64,000 bases of DNA from Cenarchaeum sp. (GCA_963693095.2 OY843768.1:928001-992000); one strand, 5' to 3'; counted from the first letter of the stretch, positions 20,007-31,100 are shown. Program-made: numbers and translations. The notes: generated from the letters alone by a model not told the origin.

Positions 20007-20941
20007 CTCGAGTTCCACTCGGCGACCTTTTCCCGCCAATTAAATGCAAGGCGCTCAACGCCACGCTCGCGCAGAATCGCGCCGGCCCGCCGGCCAACGC
20101 CTGCGGCATCTGCTGCCGAGCCGGTCGACTCGGCCTCTATGCGCTCAGAGCCGTCAACGGAGAAGGCCACGGCACGCACGGTGATGCTGCCTTCTGAGAA
20201 TGACGCATGGGCGCCCACCGGAAACCTGCACCCCGAGCCTATTGCTTCAGAGAGGGCGCGCTCGGCGTCGGCCTCGGCGCGAGAGCCGGCATCCTCTATT
20301 GTGCGCAAGAGAGCCACAGTCTGCGCATCATCGGCGCGCGCAACTAGCGCGAGGGCACCCTGGCCCGGCGAGGGCACAAATGACCCAAGGCCGAGATCGG
20401 AAAACCCGACATCGGCCTCGATTCCAAGGCGGGCCAATCCGGCGCGCGCGAGGACCACGGCATCAAGCTCCCCACGCCTCACTAGTGAGACGCGCGTGTC
20501 GACGTTTCCGCGCACAGGGTTCACGCGCACGTCGGGGCGCGCGCGGCTCACCTGCACTGCGCGGCGCAGGCTGCTTGTTCCAACCTCAGCACCGCGCCGA
20601 AGCGATTCAATTCCCAATCCATCCTTGGTGACTAGCACGTCGCCGGGCATCGCGCGGCGCGGCACGCACGCAAGGACCAGGCCTTCAGGGAGCTCCGAGG
20701 GCACGTCCTTCATGCTGTGCACGGCAAAGTCAACCTCGCCGAGTGCCACCTTGGCGTCGATCTCTTTTTCGAATATTCCCTTTTGGTCTATTGCAAAGAG
20801 CGGCCTCGCATCAGTGTCCCCACGAGTGCTAATCGTCCTAATCTCAAATTTTTCGCCCGCATTTGCCTCCTCGAGCTGGCCGACGACCCAGCGTGTCTGC
20901 GCCATCGAGAGCCGGCTTGCGCGCGTGCCAATCTTTCTCAG
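20003..20941 (-). CDS. hemC: Hydroxymethylbilane synthase (porphobilinogen deaminase)
   Basis: KGIFEKEID, VHSMKDVP, GTSSLRR, RGNVDTR; conserved KIGTRASRL lies upstream of the first ATG, so start inferred at CTG 20941. Confidence 0.93.
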   Translation of the reverse strand: MRKIGTRASRLSMAQTRWVVGQLEEANAGEKFEIRTISTRGDTDARPLFAIDQKGIFEKEIDAKVALGEVDFAVHSMKDVPSELPEGLVLACVPRRAMPGDVLVTKDGLGIESLRRGAEVGTSSLRRAVQVSRARPDVRVNPVRGNVDTRVSLVRRGELDAVVLARAGLARLGIEADVGFSDLGLGSFVPSPGQGALALVARADDAQTVALLRTIEDAGSRAEADAERALSEAIGSGCRFPVGAHASFSEGSITVRAVAFSVDGSERIEAESTGSAADAAGVGRRAGAILRERGVERLAFNWREKVAEWNSR

Positions 20942-22209
20942 TGTGCCACACCAGCCATGGACACCTCGTATGCGCGCGCGACGCGCGCGAGGTCCGCATC
21001 AGTGTGTGCCGAGCACAAAAACGCGACCTCAAACTGCGAGGGCGGCACAAATACGCCATTGGCGCGCAAGAGCTCTGCGAGCCTCGAAAAGCGCACACGA
21101 TCAGAGGCCATCGCCGAGGCGCGGTCCGTGACTGCAGAGTCCCCAAAAAAGACCTGGAACATCGAGGATACCCTGTTTATCGTGTGTGGCACGCCTAGCG
21201 AGCCGGCCGAGTCATGAATGCCCGATGTGAGGCGCGCACACGCGCGATCAAGGCGCGAGTACATTCGCGCCCCGAGCCGGCGCGCCTGCCTGATCGCCGC
21301 AATGGCCGCACTCACGGACACGGGGTTTCCGGCAAACGTGCTTGCCTGGTACACCTTGCCGCGGGGCACAAGCGACTCCATAATGTCGCGTCGACCCCCC
21401 AGGGCGGCTATCGGGAACCCGCCACCGAGGGCCTTTCCAAGGGTCGTGATGTCTGGCCTCACGCCATAGTGGCCCTGTGCGCCGCCCGGACCCATCCTGT
21501 ATCCCGTGACAGTCTCGTCAAATATCAGCAGCGCGCCATGCGAGCGCGCAATCCTGGCCAGACGGCGCAGAAATCCCCTTGCCGGCGGCACAAGGCCCAT
21601 GTTTGCCATGACCGGCTCGACTATAACTGCTGCCACATTGTCGCCCATGACACGCTCGACGGACTCGGCATCATTGTACTGCGCAACGAGCGTCTCGCGC
21701 GCGGCGGCGGCAAGCGAGCCGGCCGAGTCGGCGAGTCCATAGTGCGCAACTCCCGAGCCTGCGCGAACTAGCGCATAGTCATGCGCGCCATGATAGCACC
21801 CGTCAAACTTTACTATCTTTGTGCGCCCCGTGTGTCCTCGCGCCAGCCGTATGGCAGCCATTGTCGCCTCCATGCCCGTGTTGACAAGCCTCACTCTGCG
21901 CATCGACGGGTATCCACGCGAGATTAGCTCTGCCAGCTCGGTCTCGGCCTCTGTCGGCGCGCAGTAGAGCGTGCCCCGTCGGAGCTGCTGCGATACTGCT
22001 GACATTACTGCGGGGTTGCGATGGCCTAGCAGCATTGCGCCATACGCGCAGCAGAGATCGACATACCTCTTTCCGTCCACATCCCAGAGCGCCCCTCCGC
22101 GCGCGCGCTCGACGAAAAACGGGTACGGGTCATAGTGACGTATGGGGCTGTTCACCCCAGAGGCAACTGCGCGAAGGGCACGCGCGTAGAGCCTGGCTGA
22201 CCTGTCCAT
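20938..22209 (-). CDS. hemL: Glutamate-1-semialdehyde 2,1-aminomutase
   Basis: GVNSPIR, KFDGCYHGAHD, FDETVTG, GKALGGGFP, PPSQFE. Confidence 0.95.
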   Translation of the reverse strand: MDRSARLYARALRAVASGVNSPIRHYDPYPFFVERARGGALWDVDGKRYVDLCCAYGAMLLGHRNPAVMSAVSQQLRRGTLYCAPTEAETELAELISRGYPSMRRVRLVNTGMEATMAAIRLARGHTGRTKIVKFDGCYHGAHDYALVRAGSGVAHYGLADSAGSLAAAARETLVAQYNDAESVERVMGDNVAAVIVEPVMANMGLVPPARGFLRRLARIARSHGALLIFDETVTGYRMGPGGAQGHYGVRPDITTLGKALGGGFPIAALGGRRDIMESLVPRGKVYQASTFAGNPVSVSAAIAAIRQARRLGARMYSRLDRACARLTSGIHDSAGSLGVPHTINRVSSMFQVFFGDSAVTDRASAMASDRVRFSRLAELLRANGVFVPPSQFEVAFLCSAHTDADLARVARAYEVSMAGVAH

Positions 22210-22366
22210 TACAGGATGCGCGCGCTACTGAGTCGCTATATTAGCTTCGGGGTGCGGCGGAGATGCTATCGGCATACCGGCCACCAGGAACTGGCTGGTG
22301 TGCGTGCAGCCACGTCCCTGTCTGGCAGCCTGGGCGTTCTGGGCAGTGTCACCACCTGCCGCGCCG

Positions 22367-23116
22367 TCAGGCAGACTGCGCACTGTCCTTGCCGTCCATG
22401 GCATCTAGCGCGCGCTCGTGCCACGTGCGCGCATTGGAATCTGATGGATTCAGGCTAATCGCGTGCTCGAATGCCTCGACGGCATCCTCGTAATGGCCGG
22501 TGGTGAGCAGCACACGTCCCACGCCCATGTGAAAGTCGGCATTGGACGGATCCATCTCGATCGCGCGCTCAAAGAGATCAAGCGCATCGTCATAGCGCCC
22601 AAGGTCATGCATGATGACACCTGCTCCCATGTACGCATAGGGCTCGCCAGGGTCAAGCGAGCTGGCCTCGCCAAATGCCCCAAGTGCCTCCTCGCCGCGT
22701 CCAAGCTCGTGGAGCTCAGAAGCCCTGACGAGGTGCAGGTTGGCAGACCGCGGCTCTAGTGCGATTGCGCGATCAATCTCTCCGAGTGCCCTGTCACAAT
22801 GACCAAGATCGTGCAAGTCGTGTGCCCGCCGCATATGCTCGTCGGCCTGATGGTTGCCGGTTCGGCGAGGCGAGCTGCGCCCCACATCAGAATACCTGCC
22901 CGTGCCGCGCATGTGATCCATGTGAGCCCTCCTTGCACTGGCAGAACGCGCATACTTGACAGACCACCGCACGATCAGCACAGTTATTCCCACAACGATG
23001 GCAAGTATGAATAGGCCTCCCCTAGTGCCGATCGCCAGCGTCGAGTCCACAAGATGACTGCTGCCAAAACCCGCCATGGTGTCTCCGGCGGCAAGCATGG
23101 CGGCTGCTTCAATCAT
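22367..23116 (-). CDS. Membrane-anchored TPR-repeat protein
   Basis: TM segment LFILAIVVGITVLIV then four 34-aa TPR units ending ALEP/SLDP/EMDP/SLNP. Confidence 0.85.
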   Translation of the reverse strand: MIEAAAMLAAGDTMAGFGSSHLVDSTLAIGTRGGLFILAIVVGITVLIVRWSVKYARSASARRAHMDHMRGTGRYSDVGRSSPRRTGNHQADEHMRRAHDLHDLGHCDRALGEIDRAIALEPRSANLHLVRASELHELGRGEEALGAFGEASSLDPGEPYAYMGAGVIMHDLGRYDDALDLFERAIEMDPSNADFHMGVGRVLLTTGHYEDAVEAFEHAISLNPSDSNARTWHERALDAMDGKDSAQSA

Positions 23117-23790
23117 GCCTGCCCGTTTCCCCACCGAACGCGCCTCGGCACCACTGCGGGCATGTCCTCTATAGTCGTGGCGATCTTTGGGAGCTCCTTG
23201 TTGCACACCTCTAGGTGCGATGCAAGCTTGTGGTTTAGCGCGTTCTGGATTATCACGCGGTAGCGCCTAAAGAACGGCACAATGCTTGACTTTAGGACTA
23301 TCTCGTCCGGATCTACAGTCGACGTCCTGTACAGCCCATGCGTGTTATCGCGCAGCCTCGGCAGCGCATCCTTTTTCATGAGCTCAATCACCTCTTGGCG
23401 CAGGTCTTCATACTGCAGGGTTTCCAGATCGGCAATAGTGGGCGGGTTTGGATCCACGCGTGCAGCCCCGTATTTCATTATGATCGTGTTAATCGTGGAG
23501 CCATCATGGTGGTGGGACTGCTTGAGGCCATCAAAGCTCACGCTCATGTCCCAATAGTACTTTGCAAAACGTGCGGCGATAAAGTTGAGGTTGACTATGA
23601 CATTTTCGCCATCATTCCGGATCCAGGTGCCGCCGGCAGGCAGGGTCGCCGAGCCGTTGTTGTGTCGCCCAATGTCAAGCAGGCAGCGCAGTAGGACTGG
23701 CTTGTATGTCGCAGTCATGTGCCGCTTTCCAGTCTCAAAGAATGCGCTCAGCTTTGCCACGTGCTCGGCATCATCGTCATGGCTGCTCAT
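23113..23790 (-). CDS. Protein resembling the N-terminal domain of HNH restriction endonucleases, with no HNH domain
   Basis: MTATYKPVLLRCLL...IAARFAKYYW pattern recalled from HNH-associated N-domains; no CxxC/HNH follows; lower GC than flanks. Confidence 0.55.
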   Translation of the reverse strand: MSSHDDDAEHVAKLSAFFETGKRHMTATYKPVLLRCLLDIGRHNNGSATLPAGGTWIRNDGENVIVNLNFIAARFAKYYWDMSVSFDGLKQSHHHDGSTINTIIMKYGAARVDPNPPTIADLETLQYEDLRQEVIELMKKDALPRLRDNTHGLYRTSTVDPDEIVLKSSIVPFFRRYRVIIQNALNHKLASHLEVCNKELPKIATTIEDMPAVVPRRVRWGNGQA

Positions 23791-24011
23791 TGCGCCACGC
23801 TCAAGTGAACGTAACACAGTGCGGTCACTGCCATGACGCCACTAGTCCTGTCGCCCATCCCCACGGGGCGCGCATGCGTCCCTCACTTAAGCATTGCCGG
23901 ATCTGGCGCACAGCGTGAACGTTGTGATGGGCTACATGGCCAGGGACATGACGTGACAGATGCACAGACTCGCGTCGTTTAGTTATCCACACCCGGCGCC
24001 CAATCCCAGGC

Positions 24012-24794
24012 TCACGCGGTGGCCTCTAGCGTCGCCATCGCCTCATCAACGCTTGCGTTGTCATGGACGATGCTGCGAACCGCGCGGATCATCGGAACGG
24101 GACGCTCAGACTGCCAAATGTTGCGGCCCATGTCGACTCCGGCAGCGCCTGCGCTGATCGACGAGTGGACGAGCTCTAGTGCCTCACGCTCTGGCACCTT
24201 TGGGCCTCCGGCGACAATTATCGGGACTGGGCATGACTCGACGACCTTTTCAAAGTTCTCGCAGTGGTATGTCTTTACCATGTGCGCCCCAAACTCGGCT
24301 GCAATGCGGCATGCCAGCGAGAGATAGCGCGCGTCGCGCTTTTCGAGCTCCTTGCCGACTGCCGTCACGGCAAGAACCGGCATGCCAACTGGTGCGGCCT
24401 CGTCGACGAGCCTGCCGAGTGAGGCCAGAGTCTGGTGCTCATGGCCGGCGCCCACAAATATCGACATTGCCACCGCAGACGCGTTGAGGCGAACCGCCTC
24501 GTCCATGCCAGTCGTTATGACCTCGTTGGAGAGGTCTGGCCCTATGATGCTGCTGCCGCCAGACACGCGCAGGACGACGGGAACTGCGCTAGAGGCCGGA
24601 ACCGACGTGCGCAAGACCCCGCGCGTGAGCATGAGCGAGTCACAGTGCTCCACGAGCGGCCCGATTGCCGCAGACGGCCTCTCTAGGCACCTAGTCGGAC
24701 CCATAAAGTAGCCGTGGTCAACTGCGAGCATGACGCCGCGTCCAGTCGATGGGCGGATTATCCTCGCCATGCGGCTCTCAAGGCCCCAGTCCAT
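24012..24794 (-). CDS. lsrF: LsrF-like class I aldolase/thiolase (DhnA family)
   Basis: MDWGLESRMARI, LAVDHGYFMGP, VKTY, AGGPK, DMGRNIWQ. Confidence 0.85.
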   Translation of the reverse strand: MDWGLESRMARIIRPSTGRGVMLAVDHGYFMGPTRCLERPSAAIGPLVEHCDSLMLTRGVLRTSVPASSAVPVVLRVSGGSSIIGPDLSNEVITTGMDEAVRLNASAVAMSIFVGAGHEHQTLASLGRLVDEAAPVGMPVLAVTAVGKELEKRDARYLSLACRIAAEFGAHMVKTYHCENFEKVVESCPVPIIVAGGPKVPEREALELVHSSISAGAAGVDMGRNIWQSERPVPMIRAVRSIVHDNASVDEAMATLEATA

Positions 24795-24826
24795 GGCAGC
24801 ACCGCCGTGCGCGCGTATCTTAAGCC

Positions 24827-25843
24827 TTACTCGGTTATGACAATCTTCATCGCCGACTCTCCGCTGCGCGCGCGCTCAAATGCGTCGCCGACCTCGCCGA
24901 GCGGGTAGCGGTGCGTGATGAGGCGGTTGACGTCAATGCGCCCGTCTGATATAATGTCCAGGGCCTTGCGCGTGTCCGCATCAGATGCGGCATAGCTCGA
25001 GCGGATCAGTATGCCGCGCGAGTAGAGATCGCCGGCATCGAGCTCAAGTGTCGAGCCGCGCGGGGGCACGCCAAAGACCATGACCGTCCCGCCGTCACGG
25101 GCCATCATCACCGCATCGGCAATTGCGCGCACGCTTCCCGTCGCGACGATCACGGCATCGGCCCCATTGCCCCCTGTGGCCCCGCGCACGCAGTCAATGC
25201 CTAGCTCGGGGCGGACGGCCTCTGTTGCGCCAAGGTCGCGCGCAAACCCCACCCTGTACTCGTTGGTGTCAGTGCAGATCGCCGCAATTCCGCGCGAGCG
25301 CGCAATCATCGAGTGCATTATGCCAGTCGGCCCACATCCAAGTATCGCCACAGTGTCACCCTCTGCGCACGGGATCGCCGACCATGCCCTGATGCAGCAT
25401 GCTAGCGGCTCTATCATTGCGGCCTGCTCAAATGTCACATGGTCTGGAAGCCTCAAAACCCCGCCACGCGAGACGTTCTGGGCCGGCACCGCATAGTGCT
25501 CGGCTAGACCGCACGGCGAGAGGTTTGTCAGCGCGTACTGTGCGCAGAGCGTCTCCTCGCCGCGCATGCAGTGGCGACACGAGCCGCATGACACGTGGTG
25601 GTGCGTAAAGACCCTGTCGCCGACGCTAATGTCGCTGACTCCGGAGCCCACGGCGGTGACCGTGCCGGCAGGCTCGTGGCCAAGGCGCATCGAGGGCTTT
25701 GCGTACATGCCATACACCTTTTCGAGGTCAGAGCCGCATATGCCGCATGCGCGCATGCGCACGACGATCCCGCCGTTCTGGGCCTCGGGCATGTCAGCCT
25801 CGCGAACCTCGACGCGCCTCTCGCCCACAAACGCCGCCTTCAT
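24827..25843 (-). CDS. Zn-dependent medium-chain alcohol/polyol dehydrogenase
   Basis: CGICGSD, GHE, CGSCRHC...C, GCGPTG. Confidence 0.92.
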   Translation of the reverse strand: MKAAFVGERRVEVREADMPEAQNGGIVVRMRACGICGSDLEKVYGMYAKPSMRLGHEPAGTVTAVGSGVSDISVGDRVFTHHHVSCGSCRHCMRGEETLCAQYALTNLSPCGLAEHYAVPAQNVSRGGVLRLPDHVTFEQAAMIEPLACCIRAWSAIPCAEGDTVAILGCGPTGIMHSMIARSRGIAAICTDTNEYRVGFARDLGATEAVRPELGIDCVRGATGGNGADAVIVATGSVRAIADAVMMARDGGTVMVFGVPPRGSTLELDAGDLYSRGILIRSSYAASDADTRKALDIISDGRIDVNRLITHRYPLGEVGDAFERARSGESAMKIVITE

Positions 25844-25890
25844 GGATCCGTGCGCAGGCGCATCCGAATAAAACCCTACCCTGCGATGCC

Positions 25891-26184
25891 CTACATTCCG
25901 AGTATCTTTTTGAGCATTGCGCGATAGTCGACATCGGCCTTTGTGGCGCCGCTTGCCGGAAGCGCAAAGACGAGCGTCGTGCGCTCTGCCCTGAGTCTCG
26001 TGATCTCGTCGTCTATTGGTCCGGCAACGTCATCGGCGACTAGGACTAGGCCGACTTCGGGATCATCGGTGAGGCGCCTGATGCTGTCAAGGGCCGCCTC
26101 GGGCGTCTCGGTGATGGTGCCCTCCACGCCGGCGAGCTGAAAGCTCGTCACAAACGACCTCTTGCCGACAGTCACAATCCTCAC
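25891..26184 (-). CDS. atpF: A/V-type ATP synthase subunit F (stand-alone)
   Basis: RIVTVGKRSFVTSFQLAGV...KKILG; GTG start at 26184. Confidence 0.85.
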   Translation of the reverse strand: MRIVTVGKRSFVTSFQLAGVEGTITETPEAALDSIRRLTDDPEVGLVLVADDVAGPIDDEITRLRAERTTLVFALPASGATKADVDYRAMLKKILGM

Positions 26185-26317
26185 TGCGTCTGCAGGGCGC
26201 CGCATATTCACATTTAACCCTTTTTTGGGCTCCCATTGAGCTGGCCGCGGGTGCCGACCCCATACGCGCAGGCGGCGGAAAAGTTGATAAACCGCCGCAT
26301 GGGGGCAGATCGCAGAC

Positions 26318-26620
26318 ATGGAAGGCCATGAGATCGACGCGGTGCGCCCAGTATACCTGTTCCTTCACGGCAGGATGGATCTGCGCGACAAGGCAATGGC
26401 GGCCCTGACGAACGCCGGCTTTACGGCATCGAGGGTTCAGCTAGCCGTGCCGACAAAGGTCGGCGAGGTTGGCGACTATATGGCCATGGCGTGGATGCCG
26501 CCAAACCCCGACCACATAAAGATCCAAAAGATAACTGCAGTAAAGGCCGTCGAGGCACAGGGCATGGAAGGCCTCTGGCGCGGTGCCGAAAAGCAAGACC
26601 TCTTTGACGTGCCCCTCTAG
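26318..26620 (+). CDS. Conserved hypothetical protein
   Basis: Clean 100-aa ORF with host-like codon use, convergent with the next gene. Confidence 0.65.
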   Translation: MEGHEIDAVRPVYLFLHGRMDLRDKAMAALTNAGFTASRVQLAVPTKVGEVGDYMAMAWMPPNPDHIKIQKITAVKAVEAQGMEGLWRGAEKQDLFDVPL

Positions 26621-26994
26621 GCATCATAGCGGGCCACTATCTCCTTTAGCCCGTTGATAATCTCAAACTTGCGCGCAATTGACGTCTCGGGCTCGACGGT
26701 CACAAATACCGTGTGGTTTGTCGAGTAGACGACTAGCTGCGCGACGTGCTCGCGCTCCACGTGGATATAGCGAACCTTGCCGAGTGTCCCGTCAAATCCT
26801 TCGCGCATGCGCCGCCTCTCGGCAATCTGTCGGCAAAAGTGCTCATCCTCGCGCTGCGTGGCAAGCGACGTCTTTGCCCCCTTCATGATTCCCTCGACTA
26901 TCTCGCCGTTGAGCCCTATTATGCCCACAAAGCGCACCGAGTCATCCAGATCCGCGATCTCCTCGACAACTCTCTGAAGGTCAATCTCGGCCAT
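26617..26994 (-). CDS. Roadblock/profilin-like thaumarchaeal protein (DUF6659-like)
   Basis: VRFVGIIGLNGEIV...MREGFDGTLGKVRYIHVERE. Confidence 0.7.
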   Translation of the reverse strand: MAEIDLQRVVEEIADLDDSVRFVGIIGLNGEIVEGIMKGAKTSLATQREDEHFCRQIAERRRMREGFDGTLGKVRYIHVEREHVAQLVVYSTNHTVFVTVEPETSIARKFEIINGLKEIVARYDA

Positions 26995-27024
26995 CGGCCC
27001 ACAGGCGTGCAGAGCCCGAATATA

Positions 27025-27282
27025 TTATTTGGCGGCGTGTGTGATCCAGATGTCACCGAGGAGGCCGCGCACAAACGCGTCAAACTCGTCATCAGAGAAC
27101 GTGACAGTCTCGCAACCCTCGCCAAGTGCGGCGCCCACATGGGCACACTCGGAGCCCCGAAAGTGAAATGACGCGCACGAGCACACGCGCATGTCGGGAT
27201 CGACCCAGTGTTCGCCCCCGCGCCCGACGACGGTGAACACGCGCCTTCCGCTCGGCTCAAAGGCGTGAACCTTTGCGCTCAT
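27025..27282 (-). CDS. SWIM zinc-finger protein
   Basis: CSCASFHF...CAH. Confidence 0.75.
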   Translation of the reverse strand: MSAKVHAFEPSGRRVFTVVGRGGEHWVDPDMRVCSCASFHFRGSECAHVGAALGEGCETVTFSDDEFDAFVRGLLGDIWITHAAK

Positions 27283-27338
27283 GCTGCTGACCTCCACAAG
27301 GGTTTAATCAGATGGCTGTCGTATAACCCTACCGTACA

Positions 27339-28100
27339 ATGGCAACAGCAATGGCCGTGGTTCCCGAGGCCGCACTACTAGTCGAGGAGGGCGCCGAGCG
27401 CACGCTTGCCGTGGCCGACGCGCACGTCGGCTTTGAGGCTGCCATGGCCGGCAGGGGAGTGCGCATGGAGAGCGGGGGGTCTGCGCGCGAGATGGCCGAG
27501 GCCATTGCGCGCATTGCCACACGGGCGCGTGCCACGCAGATTGCGCTCCTAGGCGACACAAAGGCCGGCACGTCGCGCATAGCCGGCCAAGAGTGGGACG
27601 CCGTGCCGGCGTTCCTCTCGCGCCTCGCCGACGTGGCCGAGACTGTCGTCATACCGGGCAACCACGACGCCGGAATGGCGCACCTCCTGCCTGATGGCGT
27701 CTCAATGTCTGCGCCATCCGGAATCGTCATCGGCGACACGCTCCTCACGCACGGCCACGCCATGCCGTCAGGAAATCTTGGCGGCGTGTCGCGAATTGTC
27801 ATGGGGCATGCGCACCCCACGGTTCGTGACGCGTCATCGGTCCTCGGCGGCCAGCGCGTCTGGGCATCAATGGTCATCTCGCGCGACTGCGTCTTTGCGT
27901 CATACGGCGGAACGCTAGAGATAACCATAGTGCCCTCGTTTAACCGCTATATCACCGCACCGCCGGGGCGCGCGGCGCGACGCGCGCGCTCACCGATACT
28001 AGAGCGCGCAAGGCAGGGCGTCGTCTCGGCCAAGGTCATCACGCTTGATGGCGCCATACTTGATGACGGGCCTTCAGCCCTCGACGGTGTTGTCTGGTAG
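27339..28100 (+). CDS. Calcineurin-like metallophosphoesterase
   Basis: DAHVG, LGD, GNHD, THGH, GHAHP. Confidence 0.9.
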   Translation: MATAMAVVPEAALLVEEGAERTLAVADAHVGFEAAMAGRGVRMESGGSAREMAEAIARIATRARATQIALLGDTKAGTSRIAGQEWDAVPAFLSRLADVAETVVIPGNHDAGMAHLLPDGVSMSAPSGIVIGDTLLTHGHAMPSGNLGGVSRIVMGHAHPTVRDASSVLGGQRVWASMVISRDCVFASYGGTLEITIVPSFNRYITAPPGRAARRARSPILERARQGVVSAKVITLDGAILDDGPSALDGVVW

Positions 28101-31100
28101 GGCGTCATATGGCTCTAGCGCATGGCGTGTCGTCTTGTTTGAGCCAAGCCATTCCAGCGTCTTTACGAACGACTCGGCGAGCTCGGGGGTCGTGAGAACG
28201 GGTATTCCAAGCTCGGTTGCCTTGCGGCGTATCTGGTACTCGTCATAGAGCATGCCGACATACTTTTCCATCGTCGACGTGCTGGGGATGTTTATGATAA
28301 AGCTGATCTTGCGCTCATAAAGAAGATCCGCTATGTTGGGCTTGCGGTCAGGCTCGCTTATCTTGTGAACGGTTCCGACGTCACTCATGCGCCCGCGCAA
28401 AAACTCGGCAGTGTGCTCTGTTGCGAGTATGTCAAATCCAAGGTCCCCGAGGCGCGCGATCGTGCGCATGAGGCGCTCACGGTTTCGCTCGCCGCCGATC
28501 GTGACGAGTGCCGTGCCCGAGGCAGGCAGGTTGTATCCCACCGACGTGAGCGCCTTTGAGAGCGCGTCATAAAAGCTCGTCCCAAAGCATGCGGCCTCGC
28601 CAGTCGACTGCATCTCGACGCCGAGCACAATGTCGGCCCCGTCAAGCTGCATAAAGGAGAACTGGGGGACCTTTATCCCGTGCGTGTTGGCAGGCACGCC
28701 TGCGCCGGGGAGCGACTCGGGCACTCGGTTTCCGAGTATCGCCGAGGCGGCCATCTCGATGAGGTTGGTCCTTGTGAGCTTTGAGACAAACGGCATGGAG
28801 CGCGACGCGCGGATGTTGAGCTCGATCACATAGGGCACTCCCTCGTGTATGAGGAACTGGAGGTTGAACGGGCCGCGCACGTTAAACTCTGGAATGATGC
28901 TGCGCGTATAGCCCTCGATCGCCTCGATCGTGCTGGATCCCAGACGCCATGGCGGTATGCACATCATTGCGTCACCCGAGTGGACTCCCGCACTGTCAAT
29001 GTGCTCGACTATGGCGCCTATAAAGACGCGCTCGCCGTCACACACGCCATCAACGTCGACCTCCAGGGAGTTGAGCATGAACTTTGATATGACGACAGGG
29101 TGGTCCGGTGAGAGCGTCGTGGCGTCGCGTATGTAGGAGCTCAGCTCGCCCTGCGACCAGACAACCCTCATCGCCGCGCCGCTAAGCACGTACGACGGAC
29201 GGACAATTACGGGGTACCCGACGCGCTGCGCAAACGTGCGCGCCGCGTCCATGCTCGAGAACGCCTCCCAGGGCGGCTGCTTTATGTGGAGCGAGTCAAG
29301 TATGCCGCTAAACGTCGAGCGGTTCTCGGCCCTGTCAATGTCGGCGGCTGCCGTGCCGAGGATGCGCACGCCGTGCTCGGCGAGGCTTGGAGTCAGGTTG
29401 TTTGCGGTCTGTCCGCCAACGCAGGTGACCGTGCCGCGCGGTGACTCAAAGTCCGATATGTCAAGTATTCGCTCAAGCGTGAGCTCCTCAAAGTAGAGAC
29501 GGTTGCAGATGTCATAGTCAGTAGACACCGTCTCGGGGTTGCAGTTGACTAGCGCGATCTCGGTGTCTGGCTGCGCAAGGCCCCAGACCATGTTTACCGT
29601 GCCCCAGTCAAACTCGACGCTGCTGCCGATGCGGTAAGGGCCGGCACCCAATATGACCATGCTTGAGGAATTGCGCGGCGGCTCTATGTCATCGGAGTCA
29701 CCACCGTACGTCATGTAGAGATAGTTGGTCTGCGCAGGCCATTCTGCGGCAAGCGTGTCTATCTGCTTTACGCGCGGCACGATTCCCATGCGCTTTCTCT
29801 CCTCACGGACGCCGTCAGGGGGCATGCCCTTTGCGCGCGCGACCTGCGCATCAGAGAATCCAAGGCGCTTTGCGTGCCGAAGGGACTTGGCCTCAAGGGG
29901 GCCGCGCCCAAGGCCACCGGCAACGCCGACGATGTTGCGGACCTTTTCGACAAACCACTCGTCGATATATGACAGGCGCGTTATCTTTTCAGTGTCCATT
30001 CCGGCAGCGATTGCGCGCGCGACCCAGTAGAGTATCATGTCATCAGGCCTGCGCAGGGCGTGCTCTATGGCCTCCTCGTCAGCAGACGTCACGTCGTTGC
30101 GGTTTAGGACGAGGCCGTCAAGTCCCGTGTCGAGCATGCGTATGGACTTTTGGAGCGCCTCCTCAAACGTGCGCCCTATGCCCATGACCTCGCCGACTGA
30201 CTTCATCGTGGGGCCCAGGGTGCGCTCGGCCAGCTCGAACTTTGCAAAGTCCCAGCGCGGGTGCTTGCAGACGACATAGTCAAGCGAGGGCTCAAAGCAT
30301 GCAGTAGTCGACTTTGTTATGCGGTTTGCAAGCTCGGGCAGCGAGTACCCAAGGCCAATCTTGGCTGACATGTACGCCAGAGGGTATCCCGTGGCCTTGC
30401 TCGCAAGGGCCGATGAGCGCGACAGGCGCGGGTTTACCTCAATGGCCGCATGGCGTCCCGTGCGCGGATCGAGTGCAAACTGGATATTACACTCACCGAT
30501 GATCCCCACATGCGACGTCGCGCGCAGTGACGCAGACCGGAGCGTGTGGTACTCGGTGTTGTCTATGGTCTGTGACGGCGCAACCACAATGTTGTCGCCG
30601 GTGTGGACCCGCATCGAGAGGACATTCTCCATGTTGCACACGATGACGCTGTTCTTGAGGGAGTCTCGCATGACCTCGTACTCGATCTGCTTCCAGTCCC
30701 CGACGTACTCTTCTATGAGAACCTGCCCGACGAGGCTTGCAGTCATCCCGCGGCCCACGGTCTCGTGGAGCTCGATCTCGTTGCGCGCGACGCCGCCGCC
30801 CTTGCCGCCAAGCGTGTATGCCACGCGCACGATAACCGGATAGCCGATCTCGGCGGCGGCCTCGTGCGCTGCCTCAAACGTCGTGACCGTGCGGCTGCGC
30901 AGCATGGGCACGCCGCACTCGCGCATCGACTCCTTGAAGAGGCGCCGGTCCTCGGTTCTGCGTATCCCGTCGACCTGCGTGCCGAGGACCCGAACCGAGT
31001 ACTTTGAGAGGACCCCGGACTCGTCGAGGCCAACGCCGCAGTTGAGCGAGGTCTGCCCGCCGTAGGCGAGCATGAGCGCATCGGGCCTCTCGGACTCTAT

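Noticed and set aside
20139-21131. Long antisense or alternate-frame ORFs (also 7089-7943, 9020-9847, 9232-10104, 37514-38500, 41883-42740)
   Set aside because: Shadow ORFs expected in high-GC DNA over better-supported genes; no motifs.
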